Assembly (NCBI GenBank): GCA_965223265.1
Contig: OZ244999.1
Location: forward strand, 2,912,001-2,976,000
Reading direction: 5' to 3'
Source of the DNA: Planctomycetota bacterium
GTDB taxonomy: Bacteria; Planctomycetota; UBA8108; SXIK01
Length of the DNA: 64,000 nucleotides
Part shown: in pieces, positions 39,936-49,948 of the stretch
How positions within the stretch are numbered: position 1 is the stretch's first letter
Layout of the letters: the number at the start of each line of letters is the position of its first letter
Position numbers and translations under genes: made by a program
The notes under the pieces: model-generated
What the model was told of the DNA's origin: nothing
Seen by the model: only the letters and a program-made list of their open reading frames with translations
Database searches by the model: none

Positions 39936-42287
39936 CTACTGGCAAGTTGGGGTGCAAGTTGAACCGGCGAGCGGAACACAGTTCCCCGATCCGAGCACGT
40001 GGTCCGGGTTGCCGGCACCGACGAACTGGAAGTTGAGGCTTCCGACCGGGTCGGAGATATCGACCGCTTCGTCACCGTTCCAGTCACCGATCGAGACGCC
40101 GGTGGCGTTGAGTGCCGGTGGGTTCGTCCCCGGCGTGATCTGGCAAGCGTCGACCGGAATACCAGTGAACAGGAAGTTCAGCTGTGCGACCGGGTCGGAG
40201 ATGTCAACACCACCGTCGAGGTTGATGTCGCCCGGGTTGTGCGAATTACCGCTGGAGTCCGGCTCGAGGTTGTGCCAGAGCGCCAGGGAGTCGACCGCCA
40301 CCTTGCTGTTGCTGCCAGAGCCGGTGGTCGCGAAACGGATCTTTTCGACCGTTGCCGAGACACCCGGTGAGAGGCTGGCGACCTCATCGTAGATGAAACC
40401 GTCGGTCATGAAATCGAAGCGGTAGATTGGGTAATCGCCCGCGAACGACTGCAGGAGGGAGACGCCCGCGTTGCTGGCGCGCAGCACGAAGCGGGTGTAG
40501 GCCGCCACGTTGCCGTCGCCGAGCTCGCCGGCCGGGCCAACAGCACTCGACGTCGTCGGATTCTCCGCGAGGCCGTCTGCGTTGGTGGTACCACCGATGT
40601 TTACGGTGGTGCCATTGGCGCTGATCTCAGCATAGGCGATAACGCTGCCGTCGCCGCCGAGCAGGATCATTTGATGACGCGCGTCCTGAGGGACGCCGCC
40701 GCCACCGTCGCCGATGTTGTACTCACCAAGCTCAGTGAGCATGGTCACGGCGCCAGCCGTGGTGTCGAGTGATCCGAAGACCGAGTGCGTGATGGCGCCG
40801 GCACTGGTGCTCGTGTTCACGAGCACTGCGTCCTTGACCGTGTCAGTCGTGCAGCCCCAGTCGATTCCTGCAATGTCGTCGCCAGGAGCGTCGACGCGGA
40901 TCTCCCACGGGCTCGGATCGTCGGTACGATCGGCTTCATTGATGATGTTGCCGCGCTCGTCGTGGTCGGCGATACGCGCCTGGGTGCCGTCCAGATTCTC
41001 GTAGTTACCGAGCGACTGGATCTGGCCATTGGGCTCGCCACCGTCCGGACGACGGTTGTAGTTGTCCCAAACGTACATGTTCCGTGCGACGCCATCCTCG
41101 GCGGCATCCGACCAACCACGTGACGCTGTGTTTTCGTCAGCGATGGAGAGCTCGACATTGAGGACGTCGATGCGTGAGATTCGAAGGACCGCGTCGGTCG
41201 TCTTCATCGCATCTCCGTCAGCGCCGTTGGGCTCGATACCCCAGTAGGCAGCCGTCTGCAGCGCATCTTCGTGCACGGCACACTTGTCATACTTGTTGAC
41301 GACGATCGGCTGTTCTTGCTGATAGATCACCAGATGGGTCGCGCCGCCGTCGAGCGAAACGCCGCCACAGCTGAACGTGCTGTCTTCGAACAGGAAGCCG
41401 CTTGACGACACCACAGGCTCTAGCGTGTCACGCACGTAGTCAGCCATGTCGACGCTCTGCCAACCGTGGAGCGCGTCCAGGTCGCCAGTCTGCAGGCCGG
41501 CGATGTCCGCCATCGGAATGATGATGCCGCGGTGCGAACCATCATCGAGGCTCATCCAGTCACGGCCGCGGTTGCTGCATCCCGTGTCCTGCTCGTTGAA
41601 GGGGGTCGCCGGGTCATCGGCGCCTTGGATAAAGCTCGTGAACTTGACGAACTGTTCCATCTCGTCGAACGTGGCGCCAGGGCCTTGATCCATCGAGATG
41701 GTGTAGCGCTTGCGACCGTTACCCCACTGGTTGTCGCGGTCGTTGTTGTACTGCAGGGCGTTTTGGCCCCATTCCCACTCGTAGCGACGCTGGATATCCG
41801 TGAAGCCGCCGCGGTCGTTGTACTCGAGTTCTTCTGCGGATGCCGCGATGTCGGCAGCTTGGTCACGCAGTGGCCCTTCGTTGAGGACCTGCTTGTGGAC
41901 GTTCCAGTCCTCACTCTCGTACAGCAGGCCATATTCCGGATAGCTCCGGGTCGACCATGCCTGCTCGCCGGCATAGCGCGCGAAGGGCTGGTCGCCCTCC
42001 TCAAAGACGCCGTTACCGTTGAGATCGATCCACATGGAGCCGAGGGCTCCCGCCAAGTTGCCGTTCGCCGGGATGGCACCGCCGCCTGCTGCAGGCGTGA
42101 GGTCGTCCGCCGTGTAGGGCAGGCCATCCTCGCCAGCCCAGCTGTCGACGTAAGTATCACCACCAGCTGGCACCCACAAGCCGCCCATAACGTGCGTCTC
42201 ACCTTGCGCGAAGACACTCGCACCGCTGAGAACGCCGAACAAGAGAGCGAGGGCCGCGAACGACCCGCGACGCGTTGTCTGAAGCAT
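39936..42287 (-). CDS. Secreted acidic protein with C-terminal dockerin-like domain
   Basis: Signal peptide (VFA-Q); tandem GDINLDGGVDISDPV..LNFLF / GDWNGDEAVDISDPV..LNF; AGGAGG RBS. Confidence 0.8.
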   Translation of the reverse strand: MLQTTRRGSFAALALLFGVLSGASVFAQGETHVMGGLWVPAGGDTYVDSWAGEDGLPYTADDLTPAAGGGAIPANGNLAGALGSMWIDLNGNGVFEEGDQPFARYAGEQAWSTRSYPEYGLLYESEDWNVHKQVLNEGPLRDQAADIAASAEELEYNDRGGFTDIQRRYEWEWGQNALQYNNDRDNQWGNGRKRYTISMDQGPGATFDEMEQFVKFTSFIQGADDPATPFNEQDTGCSNRGRDWMSLDDGSHRGIIIPMADIAGLQTGDLDALHGWQSVDMADYVRDTLEPVVSSSGFLFEDSTFSCGGVSLDGGATHLVIYQQEQPIVVNKYDKCAVHEDALQTAAYWGIEPNGADGDAMKTTDAVLRISRIDVLNVELSIADENTASRGWSDAAEDGVARNMYVWDNYNRRPDGGEPNGQIQSLGNYENLDGTQARIADHDERGNIINEADRTDDPSPWEIRVDAPGDDIAGIDWGCTTDTVKDAVLVNTSTSAGAITHSVFGSLDTTAGAVTMLTELGEYNIGDGGGGVPQDARHQMILLGGDGSVIAYAEISANGTTVNIGGTTNADGLAENPTTSSAVGPAGELGDGNVAAYTRFVLRASNAGVSLLQSFAGDYPIYRFDFMTDGFIYDEVASLSPGVSATVEKIRFATTGSGSNSKVAVDSLALWHNLEPDSSGNSHNPGDINLDGGVDISDPVAQLNFLFTGIPVDACQITPGTNPPALNATGVSIGDWNGDEAVDISDPVGSLNFQFVGAGNPDHVLGSGNCVPLAGSTCTPTCQ

Positions 42288-43162
42288 CGCATCCTCCTAA
42301 TGAAACCCCGGGGGCCTTTGGCACCCCTTCCTCGAAAAACCTCCAGAGTAGAGGAAAAGCACGCAAGCGAGTCATTCCAAAACGGTCCAGCCTTCGACCA
42401 TGTGCGGTCCACCAACGGCGAGATTCTTGACATCTCGCGCTGGTCCAGACCGCTCAAGATAACCCGCGTCTGCGCGTGGACTCTTCCCTACCCAGTACGC
42501 AGTAACTCCTGAAATCCCAAACGTACTCCACAATGTTTATTGAGCGTACTTGTCCATTTGTACCGATGAAGCGGCGGACTACAAGTAAAGAACTCAGGAA
42601 ATCCTTGTTGACCGAAGTTTCCGCACCTGCGGTCAGACTCGGTTCCCACGGGGATGCACCAGTTTCGCGCTCAGGGTGAGCGTTTTGTTCGGTGCTCGTC
42701 GTTGACTCCCGGGTCGCTAGACCGAGGCACATTCGGCGGCGGGCTTCAAAGGCTCACGGGAATGGGAGCTTGAGCCCAATCATGAGCCGCACTAAGATCT
42801 CTTAAAGCTATTCTTCGCTAAGTGTTGCCGGTCTTTTCGGGGCGCCGGAACACGGTTTGTGCGAGCAGCGAAGCGGGTTGTCGTGATGGCCCGCCAGGTC
42901 TGCTGGAGCTTGTGCGTAGGCATGGGTACGGTCGCGAATGCGAGTGCCACGAGCGGGCGCGCTCCGGAGAAGTTCTTGAAGAGACTGACTTGGCTTACGT
43001 CGTTAACTACAGATGACTTGGAGTGTTGGCCCGAGGCGGCACTCTCCGCACCTGCGGACTGAGCTGCCTTTCGGGTATCGCCGTCGCATCAGCGATCCGC
43101 CTGGGGCGACTATGAGCGTGCGTCCTATGCAGTGCTGCGGGATTTAGGCTAGGTACGGTAAG

Positions 43163-46100
43163 GTGAACGAGAATCCCATTTCCGGCACCGCGGGGGAGGA
43201 CGGTGGCGTGGAGTCGGCGTCGGATCGCCAGGCCAACGATGGGGCGCCCCGCGGCACGAAACCGCGGCAGGCGGGCGGCGACGGTGACAGCGACGCTACT
43301 GTCTCAGAGGCGACGCCGCTGCGACCCGAGGAGGTGGCGGTCGAAGCGGCCGACACCCGGGCGACCGAATCGGTTCACACACCGTCCGCGATCGCTCACG
43401 GCGCTGCGGCAGTCGATAGCAGCGCGACCTCGGACACGTCCACTCCAGGTGAGTGGCGCATCGGACAACTCGTTGCCGAGCGTTTCCGTATCGTCCGTTT
43501 CATCGGCCAGGGTGGAATGGGCAAAGTCTATCTTGGGCACGACGAGGTTCTTGATCGCGCGATCGCCCTGAAGCGCATCCCAGCGGAGATCCTGTTTGAC
43601 GACGACGCACGTGAAGACCTGCGTCAAGAGGCCAACCGCCTGCTCGATCTCGCCCACGACAACATTGTCCGCGTGCACACGTACTACGACGGACCGACGT
43701 TGCCGTTGATTGCGATGGAGTACATCGCTGGCCCGACTCTCAAGGATCTCTTGACCACACGTCGTCAACGCGGCGCCGTGTTTCGCGTCGACGAAGTGCT
43801 CGCGATCGCGCGTCCCGTGGCACGCGGTCTCGACTACGCGCATTCGAAGGCGATCGTTCACCGCGACCTCAAGCCTGGCAATCTTATGCTGAGCGAGGAT
43901 CCTCAGGAGCCAATCACCGACCCGGTCGAAGTGAAGATCACGGACTTCGGAATCTCGCGTGTTGTCGCCGACGGCACGCTGCGCCACACGGGGCGCCGCA
44001 CGGGCACGCTTCCTTACATGAGCCCCGAACAGTTTTGCGGCGAGGCGACCAAACCTCAGAGCGACGTTTACTCCCTGGCGTGCACCCTGTACGAGCTCCT
44101 CAGCGGGCGACCGCCGTTCTTCACCGGCGATATCGGCTACCAGATCATGCACGTCGTGCCGCGTCCTCTCACGGCGGTGCCGCATCACGTCAACAACGCG
44201 ATTCTTCGCGGGCTTGCGAAATCCCCACTTGATCGATTCGAGAGCGCCAGTCAGCTAGTGCACGCTCTCGAGGGCAAGATTACTGTGTCACGACCACGCG
44301 AGCACGGACGTCGTTGGCGGCGCGCCGCGACCGCGGCGGCGGCACTTCTTCTGCTGACGGTGATCTTTTTCGGCGGAATCGGATTCGGTCGCCGTCAGGG
44401 AACCTCCACGAGCGGCGGATCGCCGGCGCGCGGATCCACGGAGCCGATTGGCGCCCTTGCGCCCGAGGACGAAGCCGGCAATGGGGTCAGGTTTTCGCTC
44501 GACTTGCGAGAGAAACTGGAATCGCGGTTTCCGCGCATCCTCGGACCGAAGCACGCGCTCGACATGCCGGTCAGTGCCACAGACGGTATGCGATTTCAGT
44601 TTGAGCTCGAGCCACCTGCCGATCCGGCGCTGAGACGTCACTTCGAATCCCTGTCGATTCGCTGCGTGCTCAAGGACACCGGCGATGTGGAGGAAGCTGA
44701 GGTCGCTGTCGACGCCGCCACGGGCAAGCGACGTTTCGCGTTCGAACGGCTGCGAGACGGCCCCTACGTTCTGGAGCCTTCCGTTCGCGGTGAATCGATC
44801 TTTCGCGACGATGGCTTTGAGTTTCGCGTTGACCTGACGCCTCCCGCCATCGAAATTGCTCCTCTCGACCCTCGCGCCTTGATCGATGCGGGGGCAACTC
44901 TTCTGACGAATAGCTCTGGGGCTTCGGGAGCCGAAGCCGAGCGCGAGTGGGTGACGTTTCTCGATCGGCTCGAAGTCGAGATCCAAGCCAACGAGCCGGT
45001 CGAAGTACGCTATAAAGCGTATGCCGACCCGAGCGCTCCGGCGCTTCCTGTGGGCGACCTGAGGCGCTGGGCGCTGAAGCTGGACGAAGGCGAGAATCAC
45101 TTGCAGTTCGTCGCCTATGACCTGGCGGGCAATCGCAGCCGCGAGGTTGTGCAGAGCATTTGGCGCATGGCGCTGCGAGTGCGTCGACTCGAAACCCAAC
45201 GCGTCGTCGGCGACGTCGCGGAGGTGGGAGGGGAGATCGAGATCGGGAGTGACATGCCGCCGCGGCTTCGTTTCTTCGTCAATGGGGTCGAGTCTCTCAC
45301 CGGTGCTGTCGATCCGTGGACGGGCACCGCAAAGGCGCATGGCCGCCTCTCGATTCTGCCGTTCAGCGCTGAAGTGCGGTTGCCGCGAGCCTCGTCGAAT
45401 GAGATCGAGGTGCGCTTCGACCTGGGCGATGGGGTGGTTCGGCCTTTCTCTGAGCCAGCCCTGGCAACGCTTCCGGGAGTCTCCATGGGGGCGCCGCGCA
45501 TAGACATTGATCCGGTCAGTGAGCGGACCATTCGCGAGTTTGTCGAGATTTCGGGCCGAGTCACGCCGTACATGCCAACGTTGACGCTCGCCGCGGTGGC
45601 GAAAGGGGCACGCAAGCGGCTGGACTTGCGCCCCGACGGCCCAAACTCTGCGACGTTCAGGACGCAGTTTAAGCTCGAGCCGAACGCCGAGCAGGTTCTT
45701 CAGATTCAGCCGTGGGTGTTCGGACAGGAGCTCGAACCCGCGCCGCCGGCAATTCGCATCGTTTGCGACCAAATCCCGCCGACGCTCGCGGAGCCAGTCG
45801 AGTTCACGCCGGTTCGGGACGGGCTGTGGTGGGTGAACATTCGGCCCTCCGAGGATCTCAAGTTTTTGCGTGTGCAACTCGTCTCGGGCGGGCAGGCGCA
45901 ACCCTGGATGGAGGCTGAGCGACAGACGTCTCGGCTGTACCGTGCGTTGATCGCGCTGCCGCGCCGCGCCGCGGAGGTCAAGGTCGAAATGACGGACCTT
46001 GCAGGCAACCCCGGCCTGGAGAGGGCAGACTGCCCCTACCGCGGCGAGACGATCGGACCGGCACCGGGAGAGTCTGCGCCGGCGCCGGCAGTGGGTGCAG

Positions 46101-46843
46101 AGGCCGACCTCGATGAAGTCACTGCAAGTGGTGACGTGGACGCGGCGCCGAGGAACGCTACCGAGCCAGCCGTAGGCCGTGAAGGCGTTGAGTTTCGCGC
46201 ACCGTTTTTGCGACGTATGCGGTTGGTGTTTCGTCCGTTTGGTTCGGATCGACTCGAGATGATGCGCACAGAAGTGCCGAGTCGCGTCTGGCGAGACTTC
46301 TTGATCGCCACGGGGCGCGACGCTGAGACCGAAGTCGCTACCGTAGATGCGATGAACTATCCAAAGGTGCTGTCGGAGGAAGGCGAGCTCGAACTGCTCG
46401 ATGAGTTCGTCGCCTGGTTCGAGCGCGAAGCTGCGGATGGTTTCACCTACGCAATTCCTACACCCGCGCAGTGGCTGAGCGCGTTCACAGGCGCGAGCGA
46501 CCCAAGCTATGCCCGTGGACAGATCGAGGAGTGGTTTCGAGGCGGGCGCCGCGATAACGTTCGGTTCGAAGCGCACCCGAGCGTTCCCTACGGCAGCGGC
46601 GTGTTGAACGAGATCGGCAAGCGACCCGAGAATCGTACCCCGACGACAGAGCTGCTCGACATGGAAGCCAACGCGCGAGAGGTGGTCTTTGACGGCATGG
46701 GGTATCGCGTCATCGGCGGCTCGAATGTCGAGACCGCCGCGGAGCTCGAAGTGGCGTGCCAGAAAACGTACGCGTTCGACGGGGCGCACGCACGCATGAC
46801 CGGCCTGCGTCTGTTGCGGCGGCCGCGAAATCTCGAGCGATAG
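43163..46843 (+). CDS. Membrane-anchored Ser/Thr protein kinase with Ig-like ectodomain and C-terminal FGE/SUMF1-like domain
   Basis: GQGGMGKVY, ALK, HRDLKPGN, DFG, YMSPEQ; TM helix; D.TPP / DLAGN Ig-like motifs; TEV...IPT..QW...DM..N.RE...GGS...TGLRL. Confidence 0.85.
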   Translation: MNENPISGTAGEDGGVESASDRQANDGAPRGTKPRQAGGDGDSDATVSEATPLRPEEVAVEAADTRATESVHTPSAIAHGAAAVDSSATSDTSTPGEWRIGQLVAERFRIVRFIGQGGMGKVYLGHDEVLDRAIALKRIPAEILFDDDAREDLRQEANRLLDLAHDNIVRVHTYYDGPTLPLIAMEYIAGPTLKDLLTTRRQRGAVFRVDEVLAIARPVARGLDYAHSKAIVHRDLKPGNLMLSEDPQEPITDPVEVKITDFGISRVVADGTLRHTGRRTGTLPYMSPEQFCGEATKPQSDVYSLACTLYELLSGRPPFFTGDIGYQIMHVVPRPLTAVPHHVNNAILRGLAKSPLDRFESASQLVHALEGKITVSRPREHGRRWRRAATAAAALLLLTVIFFGGIGFGRRQGTSTSGGSPARGSTEPIGALAPEDEAGNGVRFSLDLREKLESRFPRILGPKHALDMPVSATDGMRFQFELEPPADPALRRHFESLSIRCVLKDTGDVEEAEVAVDAATGKRRFAFERLRDGPYVLEPSVRGESIFRDDGFEFRVDLTPPAIEIAPLDPRALIDAGATLLTNSSGASGAEAEREWVTFLDRLEVEIQANEPVEVRYKAYADPSAPALPVGDLRRWALKLDEGENHLQFVAYDLAGNRSREVVQSIWRMALRVRRLETQRVVGDVAEVGGEIEIGSDMPPRLRFFVNGVESLTGAVDPWTGTAKAHGRLSILPFSAEVRLPRASSNEIEVRFDLGDGVVRPFSEPALATLPGVSMGAPRIDIDPVSERTIREFVEISGRVTPYMPTLTLAAVAKGARKRLDLRPDGPNSATFRTQFKLEPNAEQVLQIQPWVFGQELEPAPPAIRIVCDQIPPTLAEPVEFTPVRDGLWWVNIRPSEDLKFLRVQLVSGGQAQPWMEAERQTSRLYRALIALPRRAAEVKVEMTDLAGNPGLERADCPYRGETIGPAPGESAPAPAVGAEADLDEVTASGDVDAAPRNATEPAVGREGVEFRAPFLRRMRLVFRPFGSDRLEMMRTEVPSRVWRDFLIATGRDAETEVATVDAMNYPKVLSEEGELELLDEFVAWFEREAADGFTYAIPTPAQWLSAFTGASDPSYARGQIEEWFRGGRRDNVRFEAHPSVPYGSGVLNEIGKRPENRTPTTELLDMEANAREVVFDGMGYRVIGGSNVETAAELEVACQKTYAFDGAHARMTGLRLLRRPRNLER

Positions 46844-46888
46844 CGGAGGCAGAGGCAGCCGGCGGAGGCAGAGACAACCGGCCCCCGC

Positions 46889-46965
46889 GAACGGGAACGG
46901 GAACGGGAACGGGAACGGGAACGGGAACGGGAACGGGAACGGGAACGGGAACGGGAACGGGAACG
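46889..46965. repeat. Intergenic microsatellite (GAACGG)x12.8
   Basis: Perfect hexamer tandem between convergent genes. Confidence 0.97.
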
Positions 46966-47111
46966 AAGAGTCGGGGCGAAGTGGACGCCCACGCAAAACG
47001 CCCACGCGAAACGCAAACTCGCGCAGCCCGTCCCGGCACCAGGCACACACCGCCGCGAACACTAGCTGGAACGGTTTGCAGATGTGACCTGGCGGGATTG
47101 ATGCCGCGAGG

Positions 47112-49004
47112 TTAGTTGCCCGCCGGCGCAGCGTCACGTGACACTCGGTAGAGCGTAACGTCCGTGTCGCTGTAGAAGGGACGACCACAACGTGCTACGA
47201 GTTCTTTTTCGATCGCGTGCAGCGTCGCTGCGGGGATTCCTTTTTCCGGGTTGTAAAGTCGCCTCTCTTGGTCGCTCGCCTGCGCACGGCGTTCGTTGAG
47301 GAGTTCGCGTACGCGCTGCCGATGGACCACCACAGTGGCGACGTCGAGCTCGTCGAGAACACGCGGGAGCTCTCGCTCGATGATCTCCGGTCCGACCTTT
47401 GGACGGCCCTCGAAGATGAGCTGCAAAAACGGAAGATCGTGTACGCGTTCGGCGACTTCTGGCAGCACACAGGAGGTGTATCCGCCGACGATCGGGCGAC
47501 CGTGGAGCGTTTGCAGGTAGAGGTCCTCGGCGCCGCGAGCGCGGTACCCTCCCGGCACGTTGAGCACGAGTCCGCGATCGCTTTCGGCAAGGACTTGTGT
47601 CCACGGCGGCCGCGGCAGCGGGCGCATCGACAGAGGGGCGAAGGCGAAATCAACGGCCACTATGCTGGCGATCAAGCACGTAGCTAGGCGTGGGCGGCAT
47701 GCGCAGCACGGTCGGCTCAGGAGGGCGCGCGTGCCGAAGGCAGCTAGCATGGCCAGAGGCAACATCGCTGGGACGATGAACCGATTGGCGACGCGTAGGC
47801 TGCCAGCCAGGGGGACATCTCGAAGCAGGCTGAACGGGAGGGGGATGGCGAACGTCCGTCCCGCGCAGAGCAGTTCCGCCCCAAGTGCCAGCAGTGCATA
47901 GCCGAGAAAGAGGACGCTCCACAGGCGCACGGGAGGGCGGTGTGGCGAGCCTACGCCGTCGGCGTCGAGCGCCGGACGTCGCTTCGAGGCGCAAAGAGCG
48001 AAGAGTGCCAGCGCCAACGGCGTCCAGCCGAGATAACAGGTGAAGCCGACCGAGCCGTAGGACTGGAGCGAGCGGTAAAGCGGCGAGGCCAGACTTCCCC
48101 ACAGCGAGTGGTACGCCGGCGGTATGAAGAGAAACGCCAGGTCGACGCCTTTGTTCACCGGGGGCTTGATGAAATAGCGCGCGCCACTGGCGATCTCTAC
48201 GAGTTTCGGCCAGAGAAACGGCAGCAGAATCGCGGTCGTCAGGAGCGCGGCGACAGCGACGTCGCGCACGAGCCGCAGGCGCGGCCGCGGCGGGCGCACG
48301 ATCGACGCGGCGAAGAGGATGACACCAAGCGGGACGATCATGAGCCCGCTGTGCCAGGAGTAGAGAGCGTTCCAGGCGAAGGTCACCCCGCAAAGAGCCG
48401 CGTTGCCGAGACCACCGAGCCGCAAGAGCCGAAGAAGGCTGTAGGCGAAGAACGGCATTGCCTGATAGCTCGCTAGGTTGATGTGCTCGAAGCTCTGCTC
48501 CACGTGTTGTGGGAAGAAAGCGAAGACAATCCCAGCGACGAACGCACCGCCGCGTGAGGCGCCAAGCTCGAGCGCCAGAACGAACGCGCCCAGCGCGGCG
48601 AGGAAGAAGCCCAGGAGGAGGCACGCGTTGTAGGCAGCCGCGACGCCCAGGATTCGGGTCAACGGCGCGGCCGTGAGCACGTTGAACTCGGAGTGGGTGT
48701 GAAACGCCAGCGAGACCTCGAGCGGGTCGGCAGAGGTTTGGAAAAGAGCTGTTGTGGTGTAGGGACTTCGCCACTGTGCGAGCGCTTCGGCCCAGGCGTG
48801 AAAGTTCCAGAGGTTCTGCCAGAGGTCGTTGTTGCCAGCCGGGACGTGATCGACGAACGTCACCGCCAGCGGCCAGGTCATGGCGACGGTGAGCGCCGCG
48901 TAGATGCTGGCCGCGAGCAGTCCGCCCGGCCATCCATCCTGCCGCCGCTCAGACTCCCGTGGGGCCGTGCCTGAATCCCTGCCCGCGCGGCTTGCGTGAT
49001 CCAT
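47112..49004 (-). CDS. Polytopic membrane protein, GT-C-fold glycosyltransferase-like (YfhO/PMT-like)
   Basis: Many TM segments; TWPL...D..QNLWN first-loop acidic residue; YN...LGF; LR...RF; QTLHGRPIVGGY soluble C-terminal domain. Confidence 0.6.
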   Translation of the reverse strand: MDHASRAGRDSGTAPRESERRQDGWPGGLLAASIYAALTVAMTWPLAVTFVDHVPAGNNDLWQNLWNFHAWAEALAQWRSPYTTTALFQTSADPLEVSLAFHTHSEFNVLTAAPLTRILGVAAAYNACLLLGFFLAALGAFVLALELGASRGGAFVAGIVFAFFPQHVEQSFEHINLASYQAMPFFAYSLLRLLRLGGLGNAALCGVTFAWNALYSWHSGLMIVPLGVILFAASIVRPPRPRLRLVRDVAVAALLTTAILLPFLWPKLVEIASGARYFIKPPVNKGVDLAFLFIPPAYHSLWGSLASPLYRSLQSYGSVGFTCYLGWTPLALALFALCASKRRPALDADGVGSPHRPPVRLWSVLFLGYALLALGAELLCAGRTFAIPLPFSLLRDVPLAGSLRVANRFIVPAMLPLAMLAAFGTRALLSRPCCACRPRLATCLIASIVAVDFAFAPLSMRPLPRPPWTQVLAESDRGLVLNVPGGYRARGAEDLYLQTLHGRPIVGGYTSCVLPEVAERVHDLPFLQLIFEGRPKVGPEIIERELPRVLDELDVATVVVHRQRVRELLNERRAQASDQERRLYNPEKGIPAATLHAIEKELVARCGRPFYSDTDVTLYRVSRDAAPAGN

Positions 49005-49022
49005 CTCTCCCTTGACGCTTGA

Positions 49023-49182
49023 CAGCCCGTTGAAAAAGTCATTCGGCCGAGGAAACTGGCCTCTTCACGCCCAGCTCGGCCGCGTCAATACTCGAAAATC
49101 TCGAAGATTGCCTGCGTTTGCCGCGGCCGACCTGGACGCGAAGAGACCAGTTTTCGGCTCGAAGCACTTTTTCAACAGGCTG
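49023..49182 (+). mobile_element. MITE family A, copy 2 (160 bp)
   Basis: Same TIRs as copy 1; flanked by TTGA duplication. Confidence 0.85.
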
Positions 49183-49321
49183 TTGAGGTCGACTTGAACC
49201 GGCGCGGTCGCAGCGACCGGCTGTTGGGCGCATTCTGGGCGTTTGTCGCATGCGAGTCCACACCCCCTGGCGCCCTTTTCTGACGTTTTCGTACGCCGTC
49301 GTCTTCAATTGTCGAACGGCA

Positions 49322-49386
49322 CTCGCCGCAGCTGCCTGGGCGGGAAGGAGCCGGTTTCTCAGCCGAAGGACTTCTTCACCGGGCGC
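49322..49386 (-). mobile_element. MITE family A, decayed left-half fragment
   Basis: Minus strand GCCCGGTGAAGAAGTCCTTCGGCTGAGAAACCGGCTCCTTCCCGCCCAG..CTGCGGCGAG aligns with the left arm of copy 1. Confidence 0.7.
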
Positions 49387-49399
49387 TTGAGCCGGCGGA

Positions 49400-49573
49400 T
49401 CAAGCCATGATGCCGGTCTGCACTCCGGTGAATCGTGCGACGACCCAGGCGCCTACCGCGGTGATGATCGCAATGGTCCCGGCGACAATGATCCCCATGA
49501 TGATCGAGAATTCAATGACTTCCAATCCTTGTTCATCACGCAGGAATCGACGAAACCATGAGTGACAGAGCAT
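49400..49573 (-). CDS. flp: Flp family type IVb pilin (57 aa, absent from ORF track)
   Basis: MLCHSWFRRFLRDEQG|LEVIEFSIIMGIIVAGTIAIITAVGAWVVARFTGVQTGIMA; F.RDE.G leader, Glu at +5, hydrophobic helix; AAGGAG RBS. Confidence 0.85.
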   Translation of the reverse strand: MLCHSWFRRFLRDEQGLEVIEFSIIMGIIVAGTIAIITAVGAWVVARFTGVQTGIMA

Positions 49574-49865
49574 GTGCAGGCTCCTTTTGGCACGGCCACC
49601 GTAGCGGCGAATTGGGGGGAGGGTCGCGAAGAATCCGGTAGGTCCAAGTCGACGTCCGCCGCTCGCTCACGAGCGGGCGAAACGATCCGTGCGGCTGCGT
49701 CACCAGGAGGGCAGTTTCGACGTGTCGCTCAGCCGGGGGATTCTTCCGCGGATGGGAACAGGTGGGAAGGGAAAGCGCGCCCCGCACGTGACGGGTTGCT
49801 AACTCCGACCCTATCCTACCATCGCCCTTCGGCTGTGAATACGCTGCATATTTCAGAAGCGTTAG

Positions 49866-49948
49866 CAGCCTGTTAAAAGGTGCTTCGAGTCGAAAACTGA
49901 GCGTGAAGAGGCCAGTTTCTCGGCCGAATGACTTTTTCAGGCGGGCTG
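49866..49948 (-). mobile_element. MITE family A, internally deleted copy (83 bp)
   Basis: Both ends retained, centre missing; flanked by TTAG duplication. Confidence 0.8.

Noticed and set aside
44288-47188. 966-aa minus-strand ORF with FPFPFP repeat
   Set aside because: Antisense shadow of the kinase gene; the repeat is just the intergenic microsatellite read in frame
49023-49948. Composite transposon carrying flp
   Set aside because: The two bounding MITEs have different individual TSDs (TTGA, TTAG), indicating separate insertions
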